Virus record (IMG/VR): IMGVR_UViG_3300003465_000003
Location: 35,794-99,793 of that record
Direction: 5' to 3' (one strand)
Origin: a virus
Length of the DNA: 64,000 nt
Below are positions 42,978-53,590 of the stretch, piece after piece. The position numbers and the translations under genes are program-made. The notes below the pieces were generated by a model. It was not told the DNA's origin. It saw only the letters and a list, made by a program, of their open reading frames with translations, and searched no databases. Position 1 is the first letter of the stretch. Every line of letters begins with the position of its first letter.

Positions 42978-43778
42978 TTATATGCCCAAGTAAGCTGGCA
43001 ATTGCCCCTCAGTGAAACGCGGAGAGGAATCCGTGTAAACCTCTATGGTTAGGTGCGCAGCCCGCAAGAACTCTGACTTGTCGGAGAACTCCTGCTTGAT
43101 GCCAGCTTCTTCTTCATGAATGCGTAGGTCGCAGATACGGCATACTTGCTTACCGTAAGGATCTTCGTAGCTTTCATCTAACGGCGAAGCCCCAGATCCT
43201 GATAACCTTATTTTGCGCCAAATGCAGGCACATGGCCCACGCCAGTAAGCGGTCTTCCAATACTTTGGAGTCCGCTCGATCTTCAGCGCGAGTGATCTTG
43301 CGCCCTTGAGCCGGGGGAAAACTTGTAGAACATCCTCGGTTATTATGCTGTGTGTTCTCTTGCGCCGCAGGTAACTGAAGCTGTCTAGCCCCAAGTTACC
43401 GGCACGATTCGAGGACGCCATTGTGTAATGCTCGATTCCCAGCCCTTTGGAGATACTCCCCATGAATCCAGTGTCGAACAGGAAGTAGTTCGTGTAGTCC
43501 TCTGCGACGTGCTTAACTGTTAAGCGGGAAATGTCAGGCCGAAACGTGGTCGGGTACCCTTCTCTTCGCGCCAAAATCTCGAACACGAATACGTCCCGGC
43601 CTGCCAAGAGGATTGGCTTGTTTAGATCACGTGCTGCGCATTTCGCGGACCTCCACATGTTCTTGATCACACTCATTTCTTGAGGGGAGAAGAAGCGAGT
43701 GTAACCAGTAGGTTGTGTTGGCACGTAGCCAAGCACCGGTTTCACGAATGTCTCCAGATGCTCTGCCAACCAAGACAT
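42978..43778 (-). CDS. Hypothetical protein with PRTase-like motif
   Basis: ILLAGRDV and FLFDTGFMGSI resemble a PRPP-binding loop. Confidence 0.35.
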   Translation of the reverse strand: MSWLAEHLETFVKPVLGYVPTQPTGYTRFFSPQEMSVIKNMWRSAKCAARDLNKPILLAGRDVFVFEILARREGYPTTFRPDISRLTVKHVAEDYTNYFLFDTGFMGSISKGLGIEHYTMASSNRAGNLGLDSFSYLRRKRTHSIITEDVLQVFPRLKGARSLALKIERTPKYWKTAYWRGPCACIWRKIRLSGSGASPLDESYEDPYGKQVCRICDLRIHEEEAGIKQEFSDKSEFLRAAHLTIEVYTDSSPRFTEGQLPAYLGI

Positions 43779-44355
43779 GTAACTCTCCTTTGCCTACTAG
43801 GATCAACGCGATTGAAGACTACTTTCCACTCCCGATGTGGGTTTCCCTTAACCGCTCCCCACCTAGGCCCCTCAACACGGCGTAGTTCCGTGTGTCACCC
43901 AATCATTAATATAATTTTGTGTTAATTTTATTTAGGAGCTAAACACAAGCCCCACTGACTTATTCCTTTAACGCATATGTGCCTCCTTTGCTACTAGTGA
44001 TGGTCGACACGTGGCGTACCGGCACCTTCACCTGTCCACGGTTGCCCCTTGTGCCCTTCTTGTAGAACACGAGATGCCACCGCTTGTCATTGACCTTCTC
44101 GAAAGAGAGTTTTGAGCGGCCCCTGACCGTGAAGTGTCTTCCATCGTCAAGCGTAACTACCATCACCTTCTCCTTTACGCTGTAAAAATTGGGGACAGGA
44201 CTTGGGATGCTTGTTCAAGGCGAATCCTGCCCCCTTCCCAGCGTTTTACACACAAAAACACGAAAAAGACCAGCGCCTATTGCTAGGCAACTGGTCAGAC
44301 CCGTGTGTAGCTCCTTTCCGTGGCCGTCCGGTGAGTCTACGCGCATTAAAATGCG

Positions 44356-44386
44356 AAAAGGGGTAGGCCGTGATTCAGCCTACCCC
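44356..44386 (-). terminator. Intrinsic terminator
   Basis: GGGGTAGGC/GCCTACCCC stem followed by TTTT on the minus strand. Confidence 0.65.
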
Positions 44387-45496
44387 GCACCGTTCTGCTT
44401 ACTAGGCTGGTTCCACGCCACACGAGGCTCCCATGGACTTGACGTAACCGCCATCGACAGCGCCCCTTATCTGCAGCTTGATGAATAGCACTCGCATGGC
44501 TCAAACCCTCGTCACGATAACCGGCTTCTTCACCTTATCGCAGCACTTCGGACAAGCGGTGATGTGCTTGACTGTGACCTTGACCTTTTCCTCGAGTACC
44601 AACTCATCGCCAACCTTACGAACATCAGCAACGCGGGTGAACCGAGGTGCTGTAGCTCCCTGAGTACCCGTGATGTAATCCACGGGACCGCCGCAGTAGT
44701 GGCACAGTTCACCCTTAGCCGGTGCCGGAGTGTCCACCAGAAGATCCTTCGCCCATTCGTCCTCATCGGTGAGGTAAACCTGCGGATTGACCTTGCCCTC
44801 AGTACCCGCTTGCCACTTGGCATTAGCCTTAGCCAATTCAATAGCCTCTTCCTTCACTCGAGACAGGGCGATACGCGCATTGGCAAGTTTGCGCATCTGG
44901 GCTTTGGTCGGTTCAGCAATGGCTTCCAGCTCTGCGATCTGCTGGAGAATGTCACTACCGTTTACCTCTACCCAAAATTCAGGATCGGCCAGTTGCGGGT
45001 TCATTTAGGCTCTCTCGATGATGAAACCAAATCCGGTAGTAGGTTTCTTTTGCCGCTTGTCAAGTTTGGTCCAAGTCCAGATTGTGATCCGAAATGGTCC
45101 GATGTCGAATACCCGCATGGCGGCTCCGTGTTACGGTTTTACCTCTATATGAGCAGTCCAACGATAAGTCCGGTCAGGATTCCGAGAACAAGTCCCCAGA
45201 ATGAACCGTTAGCCTCAGCCTCATATGGATTGGTCACTATCGCGGCTCCGTGTTGCGGTGTTGCGGCTGTCCAGCGGGTTTACGACCGACGGCCCATTAC
45301 GAATGCGATTAGCATTGAATCAAGTACCCGTTAGGGATACGCTGCAACGTGTAATCATCCACTTCGTCGTACTGAACACCTAGAACCATGTCGTAGTAAC
45401 AAGCCACTTCACTGTTCATGGTGAAGAACAGCATTACTACGTCACTGCCCATTGGCAACAGTGTGAAGTAGATCACTTGATCCCCCTGTACACGGC

Positions 45497-45538
45497 AAAA
45501 AGCCTAGCCAATTCCCGCTCAGGGAACCGACTAGGCTT
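45497..45538 (-). terminator. Intrinsic terminator
   Basis: AAGCCTAG...CTAGGCTT stem with a T-run on the minus strand. Confidence 0.55.
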
Positions 45539-46009
45539 AGAGTGGAGCTTTTCAGTGTCAACCCGGTCAATGGCAGTTAAGCTGCATTAGTGTGCCGGTG
45601 CCGTGTCTGCGCTGGTACAGTCTCTCCAGAACCAACGTTCTGACTGTTATTGTGGTTAGTAGCAGGAGGGAACTACTAACCTACTCGACGATCTTCATGA
45701 CCACAATAGCCTGTGCCTCTATGGACGAAACCTTGGATCTCAGTTCGTCCCTCACCTGCAATGCCCGTGACGCAGTAATGTAACCGCCTGCGAGCACTCG
45801 CCATTCGTGGCCGATGTGGATCACGTAATGCATGACTTACTCCGCGATACCGAGCACCTTACGTGCTTCGGCCACGCTGATATCATGCCGTTGTCCCTCC
45901 AGAGCGATGGCCCACTGACCTCTGACGTAGATCGGCCACACTCCCCGCGTGTCGATGTACTCGCCGGGATACGGGATCTCTTTCATCGTTCTACGCTCCC
46001 CTGTAAACC

Positions 46010-46028
46010 ATAAGTAAAATTACTTACG
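46010..46028. promoter_or_regulatory. Palindromic operator-like site, copy 3
   Basis: ATAAGTAAAATTACTTACG. Confidence 0.55.
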
Positions 46029-47266
46029 GTGTAAGGCTTTCCTCTCAGGTCCGCGCATCAACCGTTCCTGCCGTTCCTCACCCCTACGGGTAAGTCCTTC
46101 AGAGCGGTTATGCGCGTACTTGGGGTTCTTTTTGAACTTGAAAATACGTCCACCCATGTACGCACCTATAGGGTGTTGCGGTGTTGCGCTTGATTGTGGG
46201 GGATTGGTCTAGCGAGATAGCCGACGGCGTAGATAGCTGCGTCCCTTGCGACCAAGCAAAAGGAACGGAAGCGTAAATACCAGATCGAAAAGTAGGCCTA
46301 TCATTCGTCGTCGTCCAGTGCAGGACCGAGGACTATTTCTACCATTGGTTCCTCATTGGGAACCGTTGCGCGGTACTTGCGGACGTTAGCACCTTGCCGG
46401 ATCTCACCCTCGCGCTTAAACTTACCAGCGAGTTTAGAATCAGGTCGGGTAGTGTCCAGCAGCGTACGATCCGACCTCCACACAACGCGGTTATCAGTAG
46501 TTTCAACCATCTTACCCGTAGCCTTATCAAGCTGCCGGGTTTTGATCGGTTCCACTTCAACCGTTTGCGGGAAAAGGCGAAGGTACTGAGAATCGGTAAT
46601 TGACTTCCGCGGTACAACGTGATCGGCAACCGTTTCACCGATGAAGGTATGTTCGTTGTACTTCGCCCGTTCGATTGCGGCACCTGTAGGAGAAACACCG
46701 CCGGTATTCGGCTTTACGGGATGGGAAGTCTTTAGGCCGGTAGGCCGATCATCCGCACCAGCGGTGAAAAACTCACGAACCTTAGCGTTACGCACGCTTG
46801 ATCCGCTCCGTTTTCCACGTTTGCCGTTGTAACGCATGATTGCCTAATGGGGTATGAGCCGGGAGTGTTGCGGTGTTGCGCTCCGGGGACACCTCCGGCT
46901 ATGAAGGTGGCGCGAATCGCAGCCGCTTGCCCGGATTCAAATTTTTGGATCGCCGTCGGCGTCACCGCCGCCCGACCCGTCGAGAATCGCAAAAACCCGT
47001 CCCGGCTGTCAAGCGGAAAACGCACCGCCGCGAAAATTTTTTTTTGACCTCGCCAGCGCCCCGCGAGAATCGCCGGAACCGCCCGCCATGCTGACCCACG
47101 CGCCCGGACGGGAAAACCGCGCTACGGGCATCCTGACGCGATTACGGGCCATCCTGCGATGCGTCCGCGCTCGTTTTCCCCCGTTCCCGCCAGCCGTCCC
47201 GGTGTTGCCGTGTTGCGGCTGGCGCGGAACGGTAAAAAATTTTTTGCATCCGACCGTAAAAAACGC

Positions 47267-47296
47267 TTGACAGCCCCTCAGCGCACCCTATATGCT
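47267..47296 (+). promoter_or_regulatory. Sigma70 promoter, plus-strand half of a divergent pair
   Basis: TTGACA-18 nt-TATGCT with A/T tracts upstream; an inverted copy of CGCTTGACAGCC lies near 47003-47014. Confidence 0.55.
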
Positions 47297-47348
47297 GGCG
47301 TTGCGACATGCGCCGATTACCGGCGCGGAACGGAAAACGGGAGAGTGT

Positions 47349-47837
47349 ATGGGAAAGAATTCGGGAGTGAGCCCCGTCGAGATGGCAGCCGCGCCGTTGA
47401 CGGGAACGGAGCAGAGCGGCAACACGCCGGAAGCGCCGAGCGGCAATCCGTACGATGCGCTGTTCGAGGCGGTGATCTTCAGCCCCTCGGACACGGACAA
47501 GGAATACCCGGACAACGACAAGGCCCCTGCGGTCATGAGCCGCAAGGTCGGATCGTTCCAGGCGGTGTTCAAGGGGGGATTCGCGTCGGCGTCGGGCAGC
47601 ATCTACCTGCGGCGGAACCTGAAGGACAACACGAAGCTCGTCGAGGCGGTGTTCTTCGGCAACCGGCAGGCGAGCGCCGTCAAGCCGCACGACGAGCACA
47701 GCAAAGCGCAGCGAAATGACTGGTTGCGCCGGACGGCCGAGCAGTACCGCCAGTGGCGCAAGTCGAACGGCATCACGGCTGGCACGACGATCAAGCGCAG
47801 CAACGCGGCGGTGGCGGTGGACGCGGACGAATTCTGA
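47349..47837 (+). CDS. Hypothetical protein (GC-rich block)
   Basis: GGGAGAG RBS, strong GC3 bias, downstream hairpin near 47855-47886. Confidence 0.65.
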   Translation: MGKNSGVSPVEMAAAPLTGTEQSGNTPEAPSGNPYDALFEAVIFSPSDTDKEYPDNDKAPAVMSRKVGSFQAVFKGGFASASGSIYLRRNLKDNTKLVEAVFFGNRQASAVKPHDEHSKAQRNDWLRRTAEQYRQWRKSNGITAGTTIKRSNAAVAVDADEF

Positions 47838-47934
47838 TCGCCGCGCCTCAACAGAGACGGGGTACCCTCGCGGGGGTATCCCGTCTATACGCTTGTACGG
47901 CCGTTTCCGCACGCCCCCCCCGCCTACTGTCGAG

Positions 47935-47954
47935 CGTAAGTAAATTTACTTACG
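47935..47954. promoter_or_regulatory. Palindromic operator-like site, copy 4
   Basis: Perfect CGTAAGTAAATTTACTTACG inside GC-rich DNA. Confidence 0.7.
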
Positions 47955-48238
47955 GCGTAAGGAACCTGTACCGCCCCTGTAACCGGCTTAGTTCGCTAAC
48001 CTGCCCGTTTCCCGTAACGGCTCATGTGGCCGTTCGCGTTGTCACGGTTTCCCAAGGGGTTAGTGCGGGGGAGTGTAACAGATCAGGCGGGAAAAAGTGT
48101 AGCGTTTTGAGACGCCCGCGAACTATTTTAGAACTGAGCCGTACGTGCTACCACCTTCGTGCTACTGGGCACGTTTGGTGCAGTCGGTCTAAACGGTTGT
48201 GTGCGGGAAAGCTCAACAATTTCAGGAGGTTCCGAGCA

Positions 48239-48928
48239 ATGGCCGAAACGATCACCGTCAATGACCTCAGCGCCGCGACCCGTCGCACGCTTCAGGCACT
48301 CAAGCGACCTGTTACGCAGGCCGCGCAAGGCTTCGCCACGATCCGCGAGAAGCTGTCTGATCTCGCGCCGCGCGTGGTGAAGCTGTACAACGCCATCGTG
48401 GCCGAGCACGAGGGTTTCGCCTTCGTGGACTTCGCGCGGATGTTCGATCCGTCCGTCCCGACGCACGCCGCCGACCGCGACAATGAGCCGGGATACCGCA
48501 ATCACCGCGTGTACTACACACTGGCGTACATGCGGCGAATCGTGCAGACCGCCAACCGTCCCCGCCGTCAGCAGGGGGTACGCGACAGCGCAACAGATGC
48601 ACTGGCCCGCACCATTGCAACCGTGCTGCAAGTCGTGACGGACGCTGAAACGGTCTACGCCGCCATCCAAACCGAATTCGGCTTCAGTGAACGGCTGATG
48701 ACGCGGTTGCGGAAGCGCGTTGAGGCCACGAAGCCGCTGATTCAGCTTGCGCCGCGCAACCCGGTTACCCCCGGCAAAGTGATCCACATGACGCCCGCCG
48801 AACGGCAGGAGGCCACCGCGCAGGGCGGCAACGCTCCAGCGGAACGGGAACCGATGCGCCAGCCGGGGCGCCGGTTGATTCTCCCGGCACCCGCCGCACG
48901 CAAACGCGGCAATCGACGCGCCGCCTAG
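48239..48928 (+). CDS. Hypothetical basic helical protein
   Basis: AGGAGG RBS before ATG 48239; terminator-like hairpin at about 48953-48984. Confidence 0.65.
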   Translation: MAETITVNDLSAATRRTLQALKRPVTQAAQGFATIREKLSDLAPRVVKLYNAIVAEHEGFAFVDFARMFDPSVPTHAADRDNEPGYRNHRVYYTLAYMRRIVQTANRPRRQQGVRDSATDALARTIATVLQVVTDAETVYAAIQTEFGFSERLMTRLRKRVEATKPLIQLAPRNPVTPGKVIHMTPAERQEATAQGGNAPAEREPMRQPGRRLILPAPAARKRGNRRAA

Positions 48929-49006
48929 CGCACCACAACGCCGCACGCAACCAAGGGGCTGAGGCTTCACCGCTTCGGCCCTTTCTCACACGTTACATGC
49001 TCGACG

Positions 49007-49261
49007 TTAGCCGGTTCGCTGCTTACCGCCATGGATCACCCTCAAACTCTTGCGAACGTCGTACGCTTCGACCTCGACGCCGAGCGCATACGCCGCCGCG
49101 ACCGCCAGCACGAAGGAGCGCGAGACACGATAACGCCGCGCCTCAGCATCCGCCGCCCGTTTCAGCGCCCCTGTAAACGACGACGAGACACGCTGCCGCA
49201 CGTGGCCCTTGATGGGCCGCTGTCGCCGCACCTTGGCCGTTGTAGCGCGTTTATTCGGCAT
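49007..49261 (-). CDS. Ribbon-helix-helix-like DNA-binding protein
   Basis: RQRVSSSF..ALKRAADAEARRYRVSRSFVLAVA. Confidence 0.5.
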   Translation of the reverse strand: MPNKRATTAKVRRQRPIKGHVRQRVSSSFTGALKRAADAEARRYRVSRSFVLAVAAAYALGVEVEAYDVRKSLRVIHGGKQRTG

Positions 49262-51190
49262 CCTGCACCGTCCCCTTGCCAGCCAGCCACGGATCAACCG
49301 GCTTCCGTTCCCGCATGGCTCGCAGTCGCGCCGTATCTCGCGCACGTCGCTCCAGGTGCATAGACCATTGCCAGCACGTATGGCACTGGCCGCACGTTTC
49401 GCCCTCACCGACGCCGCACACGTTGCACTTAGGCATTCTGCTTCCCCTTTTGCTTGAGCCACTGACAAATGGCGCATAGCCGCGACGTGCGGTATACGCC
49501 GGTTCGTTCCCGTTCCAACCGGCAGACGTGCGGGAAGCCTGTTACGACTCCCCGCACAACCCGCCGCGTTGCGATGTAGCGCCGCCTAGTCACCGTTTGC
49601 CAATCTCGCCGCCTTCCCCCGGCGCAAGCCGGTAATACTCGATGGGTTTCAGGATCGCCCCGCTAATCGCGTCGCCAATCGTAACCAAATGGCGCAAGCG
49701 GTTACGCGCGCTCTGCAAGTTCGGATGGTATTCCGTTTCCGGGTAACCGAGCGCCGTGTAACCGAGCGCCGTTCCGTTGTTCGCACGGTTGTATCGGACG
49801 TAGTACCCCGATCCCACCTTCAGCCCCTTGAGCACCTTGACCCGCATCACAGATACCTCACATAGAACCCGATCCAACCGTGACGGGGGCCAACCGTGAC
49901 AAAGGCCCGATGGCCGTTGTTCGCTTGAATCCGCATTGCCGCCGCTTCCGCCTCGGTTTCACAGATCCCCTTCAGATCGTAGCGGTAGCCGTCCACGTGC
50001 CGGTGAGTCAGGGCAAACCGCTTGCGAAGATGCTGCGGTATGGCCCGTCCGTTGAAGTTCAGCCCGTAGATCATGACTACATCAACTCCGCGTGACGAAT
50101 GGCCCGCCGCGCCGCTTCCGCTGCCGTGGTTCCTTCGGCGTAAGCATCCGCGTAACACCAATCGATCATATCGTCATGCGTGCAACCGACTTCACGCTGG
50201 AGGATACGATCAACGACGATCATCCACTCATCGAAGCTGAGGACGCGCCGCTTGCGCTTCGGTTCCCCGCCGCCGCTCCACACTACCGACATAGCTACAC
50301 TCCCTTCACGTTGAACGACCTGACCCATACGCACCGCCACGTACGCCGCAGAACGCCCCAGCGCCGGTTGGCTGCGTATTCGTCCGCGTAGACACCATCG
50401 ATCATGATGTCACCGCCAACGCCCCGGTATTGCACGATCCACACGGTTTGCACCATACCAACTCCTAAATCAAACGGGCGACAGCGGAACCGACCTTGGA
50501 ACCGCTCACGGCAATCAACGCTGCGTGCCGTGGTCCGGTATGGAGCCGCCCGTAAGTGAGCATGTTACGGCTCATTCCGTCGGACGGGCAAGCAAAATCC
50601 GGCGTGTTGCTGTGTTGCGGCTCTTGGCGGGGGTTTCGTGCGGCGGGTTTATGTTGACGTGTTACAACCGGCGTGATACGCTCGCCCTGCGCGGGCACCG
50701 CAACCGACAGGCAACGCAGAGCGATCAGTAACCAAACAGATAGGCCAACCGGCCATGGCCAACCGGCATCCTGTTAGGCTTCCCTGACGTTCGCACACTG
50801 ACACCTGAATCGACGCGGACGGCTACCGGCAGACGCACCATACCCCGAACCTAGGCGGGGAACGGCGGCGCTGTGTCGAGGGTAGCCGTAGCCCGCACCC
50901 TAGCAGGGAACCGATACGCACCCCTCATCCGTTGCCGGAGTTGCCAAGGGGCTTCGGAGAGGCGAACGGGAAGGGTACAGCCAGCCCCAACGCACTGGCC
51001 GCGTATTGGTTCCCTACTCGGCTGTACGGCCCTCGGCCTGAGCCATTGCCCGGTGTTGCGGTGTTGCGGGTTATCCGGGGGTAAGGGACAGACGCAGAGC
51101 GTAACGTGCCGGTAAGCGATGGGGCTGCCCTAACCTGCCCGTTTACATATCCTGCCCGCTGTGTTACGCTGTCTCATTGGAGGTTTTCGC

Positions 51191-52306
51191 ATGACTGGAC
51201 AGCAATTGATCGATCGGATCGTGGCGTGGCTGCGTGCCTACGTGGTGCTGACGGAACAACAAGCGCTCGTCGTGGCGCTTTGGGCGCTCAACACGTGGGT
51301 GTATGAGAAGTTTGCTGCCGTGCCCTACCTCGAAATTTGGGCGACGGGCAAGCGCTCAGGCAAATCGACGTTGGCCGAAATGCTATCGGCGGTATCACGT
51401 GCGGGCCGCGTCCTGCCAACCGTTCGAGCCATCAGCATGGCAAGGGCCATCGAAGCCACTGACGGAGCGTATACAGCGTTCGTTGAAGAAGCGGAGCGGT
51501 TCTCATCCCCCCGCCTAGGAGACGAACGGGCCATCCTCGCAACTGGCTACCGGCGCGGCGCAACGCACGAAGTTACGACACCGAAGGGGGAGATCCTTCA
51601 GTTCAGGACGTTCTGCCCAAAAGCATTCGTGTTGATCTGCAACGTGCATGAAATTCTGCGTGACCGCTGCATTTCGATCAAGCTGGAGCGCTCCATCCCA
51701 TCGCGCAATTGGACCGCTGAGCGAGACTTCGCCGCCGCCGCCGAAGCTGCCGCGATACTGGAAGCATGGCACGAAGGAACCGGATGGGTGACGAAAGACG
51801 GCGAGCCGCATATCACGCCCGTTGTCCCCGATTGGTTGGCGTCCGCACGTGACCGCGAGATATGGACACCGCTGTTCTCGCTCGCGCACGCATTGAAGCT
51901 GCACAAAGACACGGTGTCCTTGCTCAAGCGTGCGTCCGTCGATTTGTCCTGGCTGAAAACGCAACCGGCAACGAAGTACAACCCGTGGCAGGACGAGCCG
52001 GTCAACGAAGATGCAAACGCTGCAGAAGCGGTTCTGGCGGACATGATCAGCGTGTTTGCGGAAGGTGAGGACCGCATCACGACAGACGACATGGTTCAAC
52101 GGCTGCACAACATTGACGTAGCAGGTTGGCGCTCCTGGCGGGGCGCGGGACTAGATCCTAACGCGCTCGGCCGTTTGCTCGACCGCTTCGGCGTCGGGCC
52201 GAAGGATCTGCAATTCGGCAAGGGGCGGAAGGGACGGAAGATCCTTAAAGGCTACGCGCTCCCCGCACTCCGCAAGGCATACGCGGATCACGTCGCAAAG
52301 AAGTAG
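51191..52306 (+). CDS. DUF3631-domain P-loop replication-associated protein
   Basis: LWALNTW, PYLEI...KRSGKSTL, GYRRG, FCPKA, DRCISIKLER, RDREIWTPL, C-terminal L.RLL..FG...KGY; GGAGG RBS. Confidence 0.8.
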   Translation: MTGQQLIDRIVAWLRAYVVLTEQQALVVALWALNTWVYEKFAAVPYLEIWATGKRSGKSTLAEMLSAVSRAGRVLPTVRAISMARAIEATDGAYTAFVEEAERFSSPRLGDERAILATGYRRGATHEVTTPKGEILQFRTFCPKAFVLICNVHEILRDRCISIKLERSIPSRNWTAERDFAAAAEAAAILEAWHEGTGWVTKDGEPHITPVVPDWLASARDREIWTPLFSLAHALKLHKDTVSLLKRASVDLSWLKTQPATKYNPWQDEPVNEDANAAEAVLADMISVFAEGEDRITTDDMVQRLHNIDVAGWRSWRGAGLDPNALGRLLDRFGVGPKDLQFGKGRKGRKILKGYALPALRKAYADHVAKK

Positions 52307-52570
52307 CGCGGCGCTCGTCGGCGCAAGGTAAGCCATCGCGTTGAGCGATGGCTTTTCCTTTGTACGCTCGCAAACGCAGGCCATACAGTCAGGCGCAATT
52401 GGGCCGTGCATACGGTTACGTTGTTCAACGTAACGCGCGTGGTAGTAGCACTACCGCCACTCGAACCGTGCGCCACTTCCGGCTTAGGACTCTTTGGACA
52501 GGGTGGCCACGCCGGAGGCCGGTGGGAGTCACGTACAGCTCTCTTTCTGCTTTTTCAAATAATATTTTAC

Positions 52571-52599
52571 TTGACATTTAGGTTTTTTTATGTTATAGT
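52571..52599 (+). promoter_or_regulatory. Sigma70 promoter ahead of the packaging genes
   Basis: TTGACA-17 nt-TATAGT with TG extension; inverted repeat TTACTTAC-aaaaa-GTAAGTGA just downstream. Confidence 0.75.
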
Positions 52600-53158
52600 G
52601 CGCCAGTTACTTACAAAAAGTAAGTGACCCCACCGGGTAAAAAATATTTCTGCGTACAATATTGTACACTACAATCTCTATGGGGGTCGCAGGGGTGGTA
52701 CCCTGTTTTGGATAAGGTAGCGTCATAGCTACTGGCCCCCACCAATCTTTAACTCCGCCAGTTGGGGCCTGCGTTAGTGCGCCACGTCCGGCAAGAAAAT
52801 GGACCCCCGCCATACCCTTTCAGAAAATACCTCAGAAAATGATCGCAGAAAAAATGAGCTGCGTCTATTCTTTCAAATCCAATTAGAACGTATTCGGTAC
52901 AAACCTGCTGCGCATGCGTCAGGCAGCAAGAAGCCTAATCTTACGCAGCAGGATTTCGGGAAAGGTAAGTAATGAATATAAACCATGTTATCGAGAATGC
53001 GATACGTCAACACAACTGTCCACAGCATTACTTTGGGCATAGGTGGAACCCGCACTTCGAGATATTCTGTCATCATTGTGGAATTGGGCTCACTATAACC
53101 CCGGATATAAAGAGACATATAGAAATGTGCTATATCCTAGTGCCGAGGGGCAAACACA

Positions 53159-53491
53159 ATGGGTAAGGACCTATTCCCCAAAAGTCGTGAAGCCCGCGAA
53201 CTGTTAGTCAGTAAGGCGCAGGAGCTTATTGAGCGTTACATGGAAGTTTCCAAGAAGGCAGAGGATGCCGGAGATTGGAAGACTGCTATAGAGTCCCTGC
53301 AGTGGCTCATAAGCCGCTTGCCTAGTGACGCTACTGGCGTTCGCGTAATGGACCCTCACGTAGACAAACAGATAGTGCAGGAACGTCCATCTGGTCCGCA
53401 GGTAAACATTGGCATCCAGTTAGGTGGTATAAACAGCAAACAGAAGAAGCTGCCAGCCCCTATCGTTACATCAGAGCCAGTCAATGACTAG
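53159..53491 (+). CDS. Probable terminase small subunit
   Basis: 110-aa helical protein (GDWKTA...WLISR) just upstream of TerL. Confidence 0.55.
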   Translation: MGKDLFPKSREARELLVSKAQELIERYMEVSKKAEDAGDWKTAIESLQWLISRLPSDATGVRVMDPHVDKQIVQERPSGPQVNIGIQLGGINSKQKKLPAPIVTSEPVND

Positions 53492-53590
53492 TTACGAACA
53501 GGTCGTAATGGCCCTATACGTAGACCTTATTTACAAGGGGCTTAACATCAAGTGGGCCTCTAACCCTACAACATTACCCCTCCCGAAACC

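Larger units (their letters stand above)
45250..51068 (+). repeat. Six dispersed copies of GTGTTGCNGTGTTGCG
   Basis: At 45250, 46173, 46865, 47202, 50604 and 51053, all in the same orientation. Confidence 0.85.

Noticed and set aside
46040-46120. Hammerhead-like CUGAAGGA-stem-GAAC on the minus strand
   Set aside because: The core departs from CUGANGA/GAAA and no stem III or cleavage triplet forms; only a generic stem-loop is supported
49743-49772. 15-bp tandem duplication encoding TALGY twice
   Set aside because: Simple in-frame slippage duplication with no further structure
47142-52108. Long overlapping antisense ORFs (for example 47142-47912, 48128-48970, 51515-52108)
   Set aside because: Shadow frames expected in high-GC DNA opposite RBS-supported genes
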